A DNA stretch of 63,635 nucleotides, the filler included, from Licmophora abbreviata (Eukaryota): the NCBI GenBank assembly GCA_900291995.1. It is 8 parts of 8 records of this genome, joined end to end, with 100 filler letters (N's around TTAATTAATTAA, not from the genome) between each part and the next. Parts side by side here need not be neighbours in the genome. Positions count along the whole stretch, not along the records: positions 33,083 to 39,933 come from OLMU01003430.1; positions 40,034 to 57,044 come from OLMU01003431.1; 6 more parts are not named here. One strand, written 5' to 3'. Both the position numbers and the translations under genes were made by a program. Of this stretch, positions 34,544-47,931 are shown piece after piece; within the stretch, counting starts at the first letter, position 1, and each line of letters begins with the position of its first letter. Under the pieces are notes generated by a model. The model made no database searches. It saw nothing but the letters and a program-made list of their open reading frames with translations, and was not told the DNA's origin.

Positions 34544-37500
34544 CTATTTGGAGGTTGTCACGGTCACGTTCTTGGCCATTGGCGCCCACCATGTTTCTTC
34601 TTTGCCACTGCCATCCTTGGAGATGCGTGCGCATGCCGAAACAACGAAGGCACCGTCCTCTAGAAATGCAATTCGCGCTCGATGTTTTTTGTCTTTTGCG
34701 TCCCCACGGACCGTCCGCCGCACTAGCCCACACCATACGTGCGGACGGCGCTCGTCTTCTTGGTTGTCATCGACGACCAGCGCGTTGTTCGTAGCGCCTC
34801 TGCGGGCGCAGCAAAACTCCATCGTGATGCTGCACTGATCCACAATTTCAGCAGGAACCCAGTCCGCTACCTCCACTTCCGCAAACAGGTGGATAGGAAC
34901 ACCAGGTGACGCATCCTCTTGTTCACTCGCTTCTCTTTCTCCAACCCGGATCTGAACCATCACAGGGGGCTTGCAGATTCTCGTGACAAACGAATGGTGT
35001 TCGGCAATTATTTCCCGCAGGCAATGTGAAGGAATACGGACGCGTCCCTGCCGTACCTTGCGGTTAGCTGAGGCCGTTGAGCTGTTGATAATGCTGGATC
35101 GTTTTTTCGCTGAACCTGTCTCACTTGGCTGATCTGAATTCTCGTGAGCAGATTCCCATTGAAGAGCTGTGCGCTGCACAAGTTCGGCGACAACATCGAC
35201 GGCCCCACCTTCCTCCTCGTTGATACGGCTGATGCGCGGAATGACAACGGGTATCTTGACACTAACACCCGATGTCACCCGTACTGTGGGCATCGGGCTT
35301 CCTTCAAAACCACCGACAAGCCCCTTTCGATTGGAGAGGACAATCGTCGAGCTTGTTTCGTTCGCGACGGCCATCAGCACCACTACATCGTCGCTGCAAA
35401 CGTGCACACCTTGGTCCATACCGACTCGGTTTAGAATGGAAGTTTCAAGGGCTGTGTCGTCTTCATCGTGCCGATCTTCCTTTTCAGGCTTGTAAGAATC
35501 CCAAGACCGCTTGATTCTCTCATGCTCCGCTTTCTGCTGCGACAATGCCCCACACAGCTCGGAATAAGCACTACCCCAGATAAGGTCGGAGCGAAACGAC
35601 AACGACGAGATACGCGGACCTTTTACTCGTACGATTCGGAGACTGACCTCACGCTTCCTCCAAATCTCGGTCGCTGGGTCTGGGGAAATGCCCCGATACC
35701 GAAAGCGAATGCGAACATTGCCACCATTTGCGAGCTGATTCCCCATATCATGAGTCGCCGCAATCTGAAATGTCACAATGCTGCCTTGGCCATGACTTCT
35801 GTTCTTATCGTTGATGCTCGTCAAGGAAAGACCTTCGCAGAAAGCCTTTATTTTCAATGGTGGTAGGCCGTCATCTGTCATGAGCTCCTCGAACGTTTCT
35901 TCGTCAGAGTCGCTGTCGGTGAAACCGCCCTCGTCTTCCTCCTTGGCCGCCGCAAGCACGTCCGTGTCGAACAAAACCTCGTCGGGAAGTCCGGGCATTC
36001 CGACAGCAAGGATCTGGAGGCGCTCCATTCCACCCAGACCGCTGGGGCCGAAATCGTTCTGCAAGCGGAAAGAAGGAATAGTAAAAATCTCACCATCCGA
36101 CAAATGTACTGGCACTGTAGTTCCGTCCTCGATCGTTGTCTGCGATGTGATGAAGGAAACGCGAAGATTCGGCTGAGCGGGAACAGTCTCAATGCGAGGG
36201 AAGGCTTCAAGCTTCGGGACTGTAGGTCTATTGTGCGTATTTCGCTGGTAGATCGATGCAGATGGAGGTACCTGTGGACTCCGCATTTCCGCGTCTACGT
36301 TTGCTCTCATCGCCTCTGCCAAAAAGGGAATTAAACACGACCGACCCATGCATGTCAACCGTATGCCTCTGATCTCGAAAGGACTGGTTGTAGGTTGGTC
36401 CTGTGGCTTACTCTCCTCTCCGTCTCCACCTTCGACTCCTGTTTGAGGATTCTGGGCAACGGTGGCAACGATGAATGGGAAATGTACCGCGAACTTCTTC
36501 GCCTTTGCTGGAACAGAAAATGATAACGCAGGCGCCTTGATCTTGTCACCGACGCTCTGCTCGAATTCCAGCTGACAACTTGGTATATCAATTGGAATGG
36601 AAAGACTATTCGAAAATTCAACCAGAAGTTCTCGCTCCTCTCCTTCGGCGACTAGGCTAGCCTCCAAATTCTTTCCTTCCTGCTTCTTCTTTTTGTCGAA
36701 TGGGTTGAAGAACGTAGACATGGCTCCTTGTGCAGCTCTCGATGAGAAGCCTGCTGCTTTTGTGCGTTCCAAAAGTAGATGCGACTCTGATTTCACAACT
36801 GAAGCAGAGACAATGTGTAGTGGAGGCGGCAACGGCAAGCCGGCCTCGAAAGCTGATCTGGTGGACATGGAGAGGTCCATGCTATTCATCGGGGACGACA
36901 GTATTGACAGACTGTCGCGCAGCTGTAATATGTGATCGACGCATCGCTTCTGCTCAAGCGCACAAGACTGACGACGGATATTCGGGATAACGCAATTCAG
37001 TGAAATGATGCCCTCTGCCAAAGCTCGTTTCTTTGGATCTGAACCCACCAGCGGCAACGTAACTTGTGGAAGGACGTCGTCATCCGCCCACTTTGACTGT
37101 GCAACGGTAAGAAGTGACGCGTTCTGTACGTTCCCTGAGAAGAAGCCGGTTCGGGCCGACACTGCTGTCGCTTTCGCAAACGCCGAGTAGCGACTTGCCC
37201 TGCTCGCGAGGTTGTCGATTGAATCCGCCTTATCATCGATCTCATCTGAAGGGATGCGGCTTTCTTCAGCAAACGCTCGATCAAGTATATCGAACGCTTC
37301 CAATTTCTCGAGGGTCTGCGCATTCGCGCCATCGCTGGTGGAAAGCTCACTCAATAGAAGAAGCAGCCTTTCGGCGGCTGCGATTGATGGAAATGAAAAA
37401 TTGACAAATTGAATGAAGATGGACAAAGTCTCAGAAGGACTGCCCCATTGACCACTCACCTAGCTCCGATAGAGCTGCATTTTCTTGCTGCGAAAGTCCA

Positions 37501-39737
37501 TGCAAGACAGGCGCCCGAAGCGCAGCCCAGCCGTAGCTACTCGGTTCACCTTCCGTGCCGTTTCCTTTCGCGGAATAGAGTTGACTCGCGGCAAGCCATA
37601 GGGCGCTGTTTCGCATGCATGCCTCCCCGTCACGCTGTGATAATGCTTCAGACGCGACTGTGACAAAGAACGCGGCCTTTCTAGGCATAGTCAGTCGCCT
37701 CGCAACTTCAGTTTCAGACACTGCATGCCACTGTGTCGCATTCAATCCGGTGAGACAGAGACGAGCGCAAACAAGCGCTACGTCAGCCCGCGAGAGGGAA
37801 TCAAGCGATCCTGTGCACACTGAGCGATGCATCAGTTCTGTCCATTTTTGGCATCGTCGCAGCGAGCTTAAGACAGTCACATCTTCGCCCTCTCTTGTTC
37901 GTAGCTCTTGAAATGTCAATTTTGACACTGAAGTTCGTTCCCATCGCTTGGGTTCGCCTGCATCTCCTGCGTAACATCTTTCCCCTTCACCCCATCGACA
38001 GCGCAGATGACCTTCTTCTGATTCTCCGGCGTACCGTGCCAGCTTCAACAGAAGCTCTGCATGGAAAGGAGCTAACCGAGGGTGGCGATTCAGAATATTC
38101 AAAGCTTCCTCGCACAAGGCGTACACAACCGTCGGCATGGTCTGCTTCGTCGCTTGCTTGCTACGACTTGTCTGCTCCGTTATGGCTGTGCTAGCAAGCG
38201 CCATAATTTCTTCTGGAAGCTGAAAATTATTCTCCAAATATGGGTCAACATTATATCCGCCGGCTTCAGCCATGGAAATGTGTGCTGCCGCACATCCTTC
38301 CAAAGCATACGCATACCACAATGGATCTGGGGATGCCTTGCACAGCTCGGCTGCACGCGAGTAGCGTTCGTAAGCATCCATGGGTGATCCCGCCAACAAG
38401 CTCAAGTCAGCGGCGTATTTTTCGCGTCGACCGACATTACGTTTCTGTGTCGCTTCAGCGTCTCGAGGAGATAGCTCCTGAATATCGAAGACATCATCCA
38501 AGGGAGTGAGAAGTTGCGGTGGCGCGGTCGCCGCACCGGGCCGAGACTTCGTGGTGCGAATGGGGCGTGCAGCCGACTCTGTCTCATTCTGCAAAACGTT
38601 CTTGGATGTCTTTACGGTTTTGACAGGGGGCACCCCCGCCGATACGGCTAGTGCGTTGTCGGGGTTCACCACTGACGCAATGTTGGCAACCGACAGATTG
38701 TCGCCCTTGGACACAGGTTCATCTTTGTCCGATTGGGCTGGCAATCGCTTGGGAGGCTGCAAAAGTGAATGTGTCTTGACGCGCGTGTCAGGTGATCGAG
38801 TGCCACCCTTTTCCTTGTCTGCAATGACGTCCGACTCTTTGATGTTCGTTTCAAGAGTCCGAAATACTCCGACGGCCAAATCATTGACGACGACATTCAA
38901 GTGCAAGTCCATCATATGGGTATGTGCCTCATCAGAGGGTGGAAAGGCGACTAGATTGGATCCGAGCTTACTTTGCGCGAGGTCAATTTCTTGACATGTC
39001 TCGTCAAAGGAATCGAAAACGAAAAGTCGTTGTACGACCGAGTCCCGGGCAAAGCTTCGCCCATGTGCTGTGACTTCGTACGGAGGCGACGAGTATCGCT
39101 CCGCCCACTGCTGCAGTTCCTGCTCGGCGCGATGCAATGTAGCGAGATCTGGACAGTCGCGCATGTTGAGAACGCCGAGGACCGCCGCAGTGCGTCGACT
39201 GGGAATCAAGTCGATCCAGTCTCTAGAAACAGCAGAATTCAGCAATCGATCGTGTGCAATGCGATCTCTTGTAGGTCTTCCATCGAAACAGTGAAGTCGC
39301 TGGCAGCCATGACTCCAATGAAAGTTCTTGAGTGGTGTATTGTCATAGCGCCAATCACCAGGGCGAGTCAACTGGGAGTTGGGTACGACCAAAACTAGAT
39401 CTTCGATTGCTTCCGCTTCCGTTGACGATGATTCTGAGGACTCTAGTTCAAGGCTTTTCATTTCTTCCGTGCTATTGGCTCTAGACAAATGCTTGGCTAC
39501 GCCGTCTTCATCTTTTTGGCGATGACTGTATCGATTGAGTGCAGAACAAAGTTGGCGAAAGGAGTGTGCCGAGTGTGAGTTCGTTTCGTGGCCTTGTTTG
39601 TCCGTCGACAGCAACGGAATCATCGCCACCGCATTCATTGCCGCCTCTCGAAAGGAGGGGCAGTTTGGAACCTGCGAGAACGGCAGGGAGGTGGAATTTT
39701 CGACACTGCTGGGAGAATGGCTGTCGCTCATGGTCAT
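34544..39737 (-). CDS. TRAPPC9: TRAPP II complex subunit Trs120/TRAPPC9 (2 exons; intron 37378-37459)
   Basis: GRREKYAADLSLLAGSPMDAYERY..A.EL....D.LW.A.ALEG, RKAAFF, TFFNPF, LVAEGE...VEFSNSL and an Ig-like C-terminal region. Confidence 0.82.
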
Positions 39738-40124
39738 CGTCGCAAGTTGAAAGTTTGTGGTTTGGAAGTTTGGGATGATATATTGCGTCGGTTTGCCCAA
39801 AATGTCACAGCGAACACCCCAACGGATGAATGACGTACGCATGACACTGATGAAACAGACTACAAAAATGAAGAGGAGCCGTGGCACAAGCGGTGGCAGC
39901 CAAACCAACAACAACAACAACGGTATCGTTCAGNNNNNNNNNNNNNNNNNNNNNNNNNNNNNNNNNNNNNNNNNNNNTTAATTAATTAANNNNNNNNNNN
40001 NNNNNNNNNNNNNNNNNNNNNNNNNNNNNNNNNAAACCACGAGACTCGAGTAGACTGAACTCGACTCACTCCCGTCGTACCAGGTACCAGTAGCTTTGAC
40101 CGGAGCCTTCTTCCGCTGCCAGGG

Positions 40125-43100
40125 ATGTTTTCACAGCTTTGGCAGAGCGTCGCAGGCGATGATGGGGAAGCCGCAGAAACTCGCAAGAAAGCGTTGTTTG
40201 AGGGGGATGATGAGACTGAGTGGAGTACGGAAAATGAAGACGAAATTGCCGATCGTATGCTTTCGCAGTTTCCCGAGTATGGAGCTTTCAGTGAAGCAGC
40301 TGGGAAGCAGGCTTCCGAGGACTGGACGGACACTGATTTCCAAGATGAAACGACCGAGGAGCCCAGTATTCTGCAGCTGGCCATGGGTCAGGTCCCGGGT
40401 GTGGGTCGTGATATCCCTGGCGGTACCGGCAAAAAAGCAGACAGCGAGGTTGCCTCCTCCGTGCGATTGACAACTGACCCTCTTGACTGGGATCTGCAAG
40501 AGCAGTCACTTTGGAAGCAATCTCCTGTCGCCGCTGGCACTCTCGTTCCATCTACGCACCATTCACTGCAGGATCGAAATGGCCCTTCTTTCTATCTCAG
40601 CGACACACCCCGCAAGAGATGGGTCGATGCAAACAACGTCGACAACACGGCGGCAGGGGGCATGACACCCAATGGCAGTAGTCATAGCAGGAAAGCTATG
40701 TACCCTTTTCGTCTCCACTACTCATATGAGATGAACGGACCGGATGCTCCCACTACTGAACCACAAATTGTGTCCCCTCGGATGTTTTCGCTCGGGCGCT
40801 CCTCCCAACACGATCATGACGACGATCGTCAACATTGGATGCCCGACCAGCTTTGCAAGGAATGCTACCATTGTGAACAGCCGTTTACAGTCTTTCGTAG
40901 GCGCCACCACTGCCGATTATGTGGTCAAGTGTTTTGCAGTACCTGCAGTGCTTTCTTTGTCGAATGGGAGGAGCACAAGACACTCCGAGCTTGTCAATCC
41001 TGCTTTGGGAACGTTCAGCGAGGTGTTCTCGTTTTGCCCAGTGCACAGGATGCAATTTTGGCGTCGCGCAATGCTTCTCAGTATGCATCGTCACCGGAAG
41101 CAGTCGCTGAAAGTGTCTTGCCGCAGCACAAGGACCAGCCGTTGTTGGAGCCGATGGATGAGTTCTTGGAACCACGTATCGAAGAACGAGCGAGTCATCA
41201 CCATCATGGCACAGCTGGTGATGTGGCAGAAAAGACGGCCGCCGCGGCTGCAAGAAGACGAAATGAAAGACCGGAAGTATCTGCCAGTCGTCATATGGGT
41301 CTGACTGCAGCAAATCATCTTGAACTGCTCGGCAAGTCGTTGATTCAATCTGATGCTCCTTTACTGTTGAAGGAAGTAGAATCGGACAAAGAATTGCATT
41401 CTTGGATGATGACGCTTATGACGCTGGCTACTAGATGTTGTGCGACTGTGCGTCCTGACGTCAAACACAAGAACGACTTGTTGGATATACGCCCTTACTG
41501 CAAGCTCAAGGTCATTTCCGGTGGCTCTCATCGCGACTGTGCATATCTTTCGGGCGTCTTGTTCCGCAAGCAGGTCAGCCACAAGAGCATGGCGAAGGAG
41601 CTACTGAATCCTAAGATTATGCTCTTGAGCGGTGGTATCGAGTTTACGCGGACGGAAAATCGCATTGCCTCACTGGATACCTTGTTGGAACAAGAAGAAA
41701 AGTACTTCGAGATTTTAGTGGGCAAGATTCTAAAACCCAAGCCTGACATTCTCATGGTTGGAAGATCGGTCAGTCGCAAGGCTCAAGAGCTGCTGTTGCG
41801 GGCGGATGTTGTGCTGATTCAACATGTGAAGTCGACCTTGATGAGTCGTATAGCAAGGCAGACGGGCGCCGCAGTGATTTCCGGCACTGAGCACGTGATG
41901 AATCAGTTTGGCTCGCATGTCGTGCTGGGGCAGTGCCGTCGCTTTCGGCTCGTGACATTTCGCGACAACGAAGCTTGGAGTGATTCATCCGATACACGCA
42001 CCCAGAAGCAAACGTCGCCGGACCCAGCTGTTGCGCCCAGTGCAGATCGAGAAAATTCCTCTTCATCTGTGGACAAACTAGCGCCGCATCCCAACCAGCG
42101 ACGTCGGCGCAACATCCAGAAGCTCCTTCAAGATTCGGGACTTAAGAATCACGAACGCCAGGCCGCCCTTGCGGCCAATGTACTTGGTGAAGCGGTGCTG
42201 GACGGAAGCGAAGCTGTCAAGCAGGGCCTCGCCAAACGCGGTGTGGCACAGTCTTACATTATGCTAGAGGGATGTCCGAAGCACCTTGGGTGCACGGTTG
42301 TTTTGCGCGGTGCAAGTCAGGCCGCTCTTAAGCAGGTAAAGCGTGTTTTTCGTGTTCTCATCAACGTGGCGTACAACTTGAAACTGGAGACGAGCTATCT
42401 TCGGGAGCGATGTGCGAGGCTGAGGCCCGACTACGTCGTCAGGCCGGAATACATGTATAGCTCTTCGTTGTGTGTTGACTACGGAAAGTCGAGCGGTCGG
42501 AAGGTGCGTCCTTGGAACGGGGGCTCCAACGAGACGGAGCACCGATCAATCTCGGGTGAGATCACTGCGCTAGATCACCAGGCGATTCTGATTACATCAG
42601 TGTGGATGACTGACAAAACACAATGCTGTCCTGCCGAAGTCAAGGGCATCTGTTATTATTCCTTGCAAGACGTATCCTTAGGGCAGTTCCTGAGAGACTC
42701 GTGTTTTAATCTGTCGTTGAAGTGTCAAAATCCCACCTGCAAAAAGTCGGTTCTCGATCATTCTCTGTCCTTTATTCACAACGATGGACTCATCAACATA
42801 ACGGTACGCTCCTATGCTCGTAGAGTCTAATTGGTCTGTGGGACGTACAGCTTCAACTCACATTAGCTACTTTTTGTGTCCTCTTCATTACGCACAGGTC
42901 GAGCAGATGGAAGACCCCCTACCACCATCACCTTTGGAGACTGGTGGTGGCACAGATGGTGGCAGCAGTAGCGATGGTTCTGAAACGAACGATGAAAATT
43001 CTATCGCCACTTGGACCTACTGCAATAAGTGCGCCAAAGTCGTCAGCCCGCTGGTGTACATTAGCGAAGATACATGGCAATTCAGCTTTGGGAAGTTCCT

Positions 43101-45957
43101 GGAGGTGTTCTTCTACAATCGTGATGCGGTCATGAACTCCCCTGAGCACGGTTGCTCGTGCCAAATGCAGACGTCGGCTACTCTTTATTTTGGCTGCGGG
43201 AGACTCGCATCCCGCTTCACGTACGAGCCTGTCAGGCCTTACAGTGTCTTTGTCCGTCGCAGCCTGCCTATTGATGAATCCTTCCATAGAGGAGAGGCTG
43301 TACGTCAACTAGAAGTGATATCGCGTGCATCTTCACAGCTCTTTGTCGCATTTGACGAGCACATTGACAAGGTCTCGCGAGAAGCCCGACAGCTCTTGCG
43401 CTCAGCTGTCAACCGTCCTGAACACTTGCAGACCGTACTGTCCGAACTCAACATGATTGCTTCTGAGGTAGACCACGCAGCAAAGACTTTGCAGGAAAAG
43501 ATAGCTTCAATTTCCGAGAAGTGCAGGAACAGTTCTGAATCTGATGGCATCGTCAACGAAGCGCTATTTCGGTTTCCGTGGCATTCCCGTCGGTATTTGT
43601 TTATGCTAACATCCGCTTGGAACGAGAGGCTGAGCGCTGCGGGACAGGCGATTGCCGCTATGAAGAAGCTTGCTGTGTCGTCACAGCTCGCGGGTGGGCA
43701 GCGATCTGATGTTGTGCCCACTATCGTCGGCGACGGATTCACCGAAGACCTCATGGAAGGGATGAGGCGCCTTCGCCAGCTCAACGAAGTATACTCAAAG
43801 GTCAATGTGGCCGATATTTCAACAGCTTTCCCGACATTCTCGGTTGGCGAGAAACCTGCGGTCGATCTGGTGGACGACGACGACGATATCGAAGGCTCAA
43901 ATGGGTCCATGCAGTTTTCCGATGGCGTCGACGCCGACGTACTGGCTTCGAGACGTCGGCTTAAGAAGAATTCCAAACAGATGGAATCGATCTCTTCGCG
44001 AAGTCAACGCCAGACTGATCCGTCGACCTCTCGACCAAAAAAGTCTCTGGGAACGCAACGGTCGCTGGACGCTCCGTCCGTGGAAAACTCCACAAGTCGA
44101 GTTCCACGCTACGACGAAACGACTCCGACGTCAAATGTCGGAGGTGCACAGGTGGCCAGTAAAGTTACGCCAGGTGGAGCTGTCAAGTCTGCTATAACAC
44201 GCTTCTTCAATCGAGGTGGTAGAGAGCTCGACCCATACGTCGTGGACCTTGGAATTTTTAAAGATGGCCGGCCAAGGCTGGAACCTGGCGTTGGGGGTAT
44301 TGTGGTTCCCGTCATGGACGAGCAGCCAAGCACTGTCATTGCTTATTCGCTTTCATCCGCAGACTACGAAAGACAGTTCAAGCGACTTTCACGCATGACT
44401 AATACGCCCGCAACAGGGAGCGACAAGCCCCCATCGGGGGCGGCAGATCAGACACGGCCAGGCGAAGCATCGTCGACCCGACCACATGCAAGACGCGGTA
44501 TCGACTCTCACGCGATTGACGAACCTTTACCGAAACGATCTGATAGATCGAAGTCGTCGATATCTAATAATGCTCCCATGGATGAGAAGAAAGATATTGA
44601 ACGTCGTCTTCTATCGGGAAACAAGTCACACATCAAGCATACATTTCGCGACTTTGACGAGAAAGGCCAGCAGACATGCAAGTTTGTGTGCACCAGTTTC
44701 TGGGCTACACAGTTCCATGCGGTCCGCCAAGCGTTTCTCGCGCCGTCCGCCAAGGAACAGCGAGCTTCGTCAAGTACTTCTTCGGACATCGAACAGAGCT
44801 TTGTACAATCACTCTTGTCGGCCTACAGCTGGGATGCTAGCGGCGGCAAAAGTGGCGCGAGTTTCGCAAGGACATTCGACGATCGGTTCGTTATTAAGTG
44901 CATATCAAGGACAGAGTTGCAGATGTTCCTTGATTGTGCGCCTGCTTACTTTGAATACCTGAACAAGGCCTTCTTTCACGGATTGTGAGTCTAGCCCTCT
45001 GGTGGGGCCGTCTTTGTACATTCATTCTTCTACTCACCATTCGTTGTCTGCTTACCCCTGTGTCAGACCTACTGTACTTTGCAAGATTCTCGGTGTGTAT
45101 CAGCTAGGCAGTCACAACCGAATCACTGGGAAGCGCACCATGGAGCAAGTGGCAGTAATGCAGGTATGGTTACCCAGCGTGAACCTTGTACTCGTCGTCC
45201 TAATATTCTTCATCTCACAAACCTTCTGGTCGCTTCGATTTACCGCTCAGAACATCTTTTACGGAAGAAAGATTACCAAGACTTTCGACCTAAAGGGATC
45301 GTTGCGGGGTCGATTCGCCCGTCATCTCCAGGGTGTCAAGGATCCAGAGGCGCCCACCCAGTCAAAATCGGACAGAAAGGGCCCGCACAGTGGCTTTGAT
45401 TCTGATGTATCCGATGTTGATTCCACCGCCTCTGACGGCATCGGTGATCGAAGGCATGAGGCGAAAGCAGACACCCGAGAAAGTTTCGGACGTTCTGCGG
45501 CTCATGGAACGCTCCTGGATGGTGACTTTTTAGAGTTTACGAATGGTCGCCCGTTACCGCTTAGCGACCGAGCCAAGGCTGTGTTCCATATGAGTGTTCT
45601 CAATGTAATTTGGGCGTGTCGTGTCCTTGCTTTCACTATTGAGAGAACCATCGTGACTCACGATGTATGCATCCCTCTTTCCCATAGGATACGCTTTTCT
45701 TGTCAATCATCAACGTGTTAGATTACTCCATCCTTGTGGGCATCGACGAAGAGAATTCCGAGTTGGTCGTCGGCATTATTGACTTTATGCGTCAGTACGA
45801 CATTTTGAAGCAGATGGAACGTGTGGGCAAGAGTTTGCCCATGGTGGTAGGGAGCGAGGCACCTACGATTATTCAACCGCCTCTCTACAAGACTCGATTC
45901 ACGAATGCGATGGAGCGTTACTTTATGACGGTTCCCAGCAAGTGGACGACAATGTAG
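40125..45957 (+). CDS. FAB1: 1-phosphatidylinositol-3-phosphate 5-kinase PIKfyve/FAB1 (5 exons)
   Basis: FYVE (WMPD..CKECY.C...FT.FRRRHHCRLCGQVFC), CCT-like domain, Cys-rich DVSLGQFL and PIPK domain (GGKSGASF, FDLKGS, DYSILVG, GIIDFMRQY). Introns ~42804-42897, 44985-45066, 45164-45250 and 45605-45687. Confidence 0.96.
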
Positions 45958-46136
45958 ACAGGAGGTATTTTCGTTGTCCGAAGCAACGTGTTGGGTGGTT
46001 AGTTCAGTACAAAGTTAACGGAGAATTCAGTTACAGGCTCAAGGTGCCGGTTGGTTGGGATTGAATATTCTATGACGTAGAGATCCCAGCAAAGCAGCGG
46101 CTCCACGGTTGAGCCGCAAAGATACAGTAGTGCCCC

Positions 46137-46484
46137 CTAGTCTTCTTTCGCAGGAGCCCACTCTAGCGCTTTCTTGACATTGTAGGCACAAGCGATTGCC
46201 CCAAGCGAGGCGACGGATCCGGCCGGCATGAATTTTGCAGTTTGGATGAATCGATGACCCATACCGAGCGCCATGAGTCCACCGGTGGCAGCTGCGAGCG
46301 TGTGTCCTTCATAGTGCTGATCTTTGACGATGAGAGCTCCGCTTGCGAGTAGCAAGCCGCCGAACGTTGCGCCAGCCAGAAGTGAAGCCTTGCTCCCCTT
46401 CTTGAGAAATCCGACGGCGCCTCCGACCACAGCAAGGCCGCCGAGGCTGAAATTTAAATGTGCTGATCCTGGAATCCCCGACAT
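46137..46484 (-). CDS. TMEM14/FAX family small membrane protein
   Basis: GGAVGFLKKGSKASLLAG and RFIQTAKFMPAG motifs; 115 aa. Confidence 0.9.
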   Translation of the reverse strand: MSGIPGSAHLNFSLGGLAVVGGAVGFLKKGSKASLLAGATFGGLLLASGALIVKDQHYEGHTLAAATGGLMALGMGHRFIQTAKFMPAGSVASLGAIACAYNVKKALEWAPAKED

Positions 46485-46795
46485 GGTTCAATACTGTAAT
46501 CGTAAGAGTAAGGAAGAAAAGGCTCCCTGACTTGGACGTCTCATGATGTGTTGTTTCCTTTTCTTTCTCGCCATGTCTCACAGTGAACCGTACGAGCTCT
46601 TCTTGTGGTATCTTTCTTGCGAGCTCAAAGATCCAAATCTTGAAAACTCAAAACTGGCGTAAACTGAAAACTGAAAACTGAAATGCGACTTTTCGCATTT
46701 CGAAAGTTCTCCAAGGTCCATGGCAACAGCTGCCTTTCACCCTTGAGAGACTGAAGAAGAGCGATCTGTACTCGCAGTAGGAGCCCTGCTCGAAG

Positions 46796-47770
46796 ATGAG
46801 TCTTTTGATCGGGAGAGCGATCGGGGGAGTCGCGAACGGCGTTGTCCAGCGTGTAGACGTCGACGACATCGCCCAACGAATCGACATTGATGAAGTGCTG
46901 CGAAAAGTGGACATCAACGAGATTCTGGACAGGGTCGATACTGATCGACTTATTGACAGAATCGATTTCGACAAGCTAGTGGATCGTATGCCCGTTCAAA
47001 AGATTGTCGACAAAAGCAATCTCAAGCAAATCATCGCCAGATCCAGCTCTGGGGTATGTTCCAATCTATTGGATGTCCTGCGGGCACAGGCGATTCGCGT
47101 TGATCAGATCGTTCAGGGACTTTTCCGCTGTCGCTGCATGTGGAAGTCGCATGGAAATCTTCCGCCCAACCCTAGAAAACCAAACGAACGTGAACTTCTA
47201 CCCTGCCCCAACAAGGGGTCCAGTCTCGCCATTGCGGTACAGGGCCGATGCGCGGGTATCTTTAGTAGGTGGCTTTCTTGGCTCATTGATCAAACGCTCC
47301 TCATCTTTTTCATTGGACTGGCTGTCATGATTGCTAATTACGTTATCGACATATTCAGTGACGACTTCAACATTGACGGTAATGAGTATGCGATTCCGTT
47401 TGTGTTTCTCATTGTTGGCCTCTGCTATGACGCATTCCTGCTGACGGCTTCCGGAAGAACGATCGGCAAGGTTGTCATGGGTCTCCTGGTAGTTCAGAAG
47501 GATGGTCACCGGCTCACCTTCTATCAGGCGCTCCCACGTGCTCTCTTGATGGCCAGTACAGTCCTGCTAGTTCTATTCTCATTCCTTGGGCTGTGTCGGC
47601 GCGATCGTCGGGGGTTGCATGATGTCTTGGTGTGTACGACAGTCATTTACGCGTGGGATGCCAAGTCCTTTCGAATGCGAGAAGAGGCACTATCGGATGC
47701 AGAGCGTCTCGAACCTGTCTACGAAAGTATGGCTCTGAAGGATGGCTCAAAAATTGAGCACATCCCCTGA
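46796..47770 (+). CDS. RDD family membrane protein with N-terminal (R/K)(V/I)DxD repeats
   Basis: AGIFSRWLSWLID, GRTIGKVVMGLLVV..DG and RRGLHD....TTVIYAWDA. N-terminal RVDVDDIAQRIDIDEVLRKVDINEILDRVD repeats. Confidence 0.85.
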   Translation: MSLLIGRAIGGVANGVVQRVDVDDIAQRIDIDEVLRKVDINEILDRVDTDRLIDRIDFDKLVDRMPVQKIVDKSNLKQIIARSSSGVCSNLLDVLRAQAIRVDQIVQGLFRCRCMWKSHGNLPPNPRKPNERELLPCPNKGSSLAIAVQGRCAGIFSRWLSWLIDQTLLIFFIGLAVMIANYVIDIFSDDFNIDGNEYAIPFVFLIVGLCYDAFLLTASGRTIGKVVMGLLVVQKDGHRLTFYQALPRALLMASTVLLVLFSFLGLCRRDRRGLHDVLVCTTVIYAWDAKSFRMREEALSDAERLEPVYESMALKDGSKIEHIP

Positions 47771-47868
47771 GTGGGATACCTCATACATGTACCAGTAGAC
47801 TCCTGCTGCTTTGCTGTGGCGCTACTATTATGGTTACTAGGTGGTATGCTGTGCACCCTTTTACAATA

Positions 47869-47901
47869 AACCGACGCAAAACCGACGCAAAACCGACGCA
47901 A
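47869..47901. repeat. 11-bp tandem repeat x3 between convergent genes
   Basis: (aaccgacgcaa)3. Confidence 0.85.
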
Positions 47902-47931
47902 TCTCATCAATCGCATCAATCATCGACGGGT

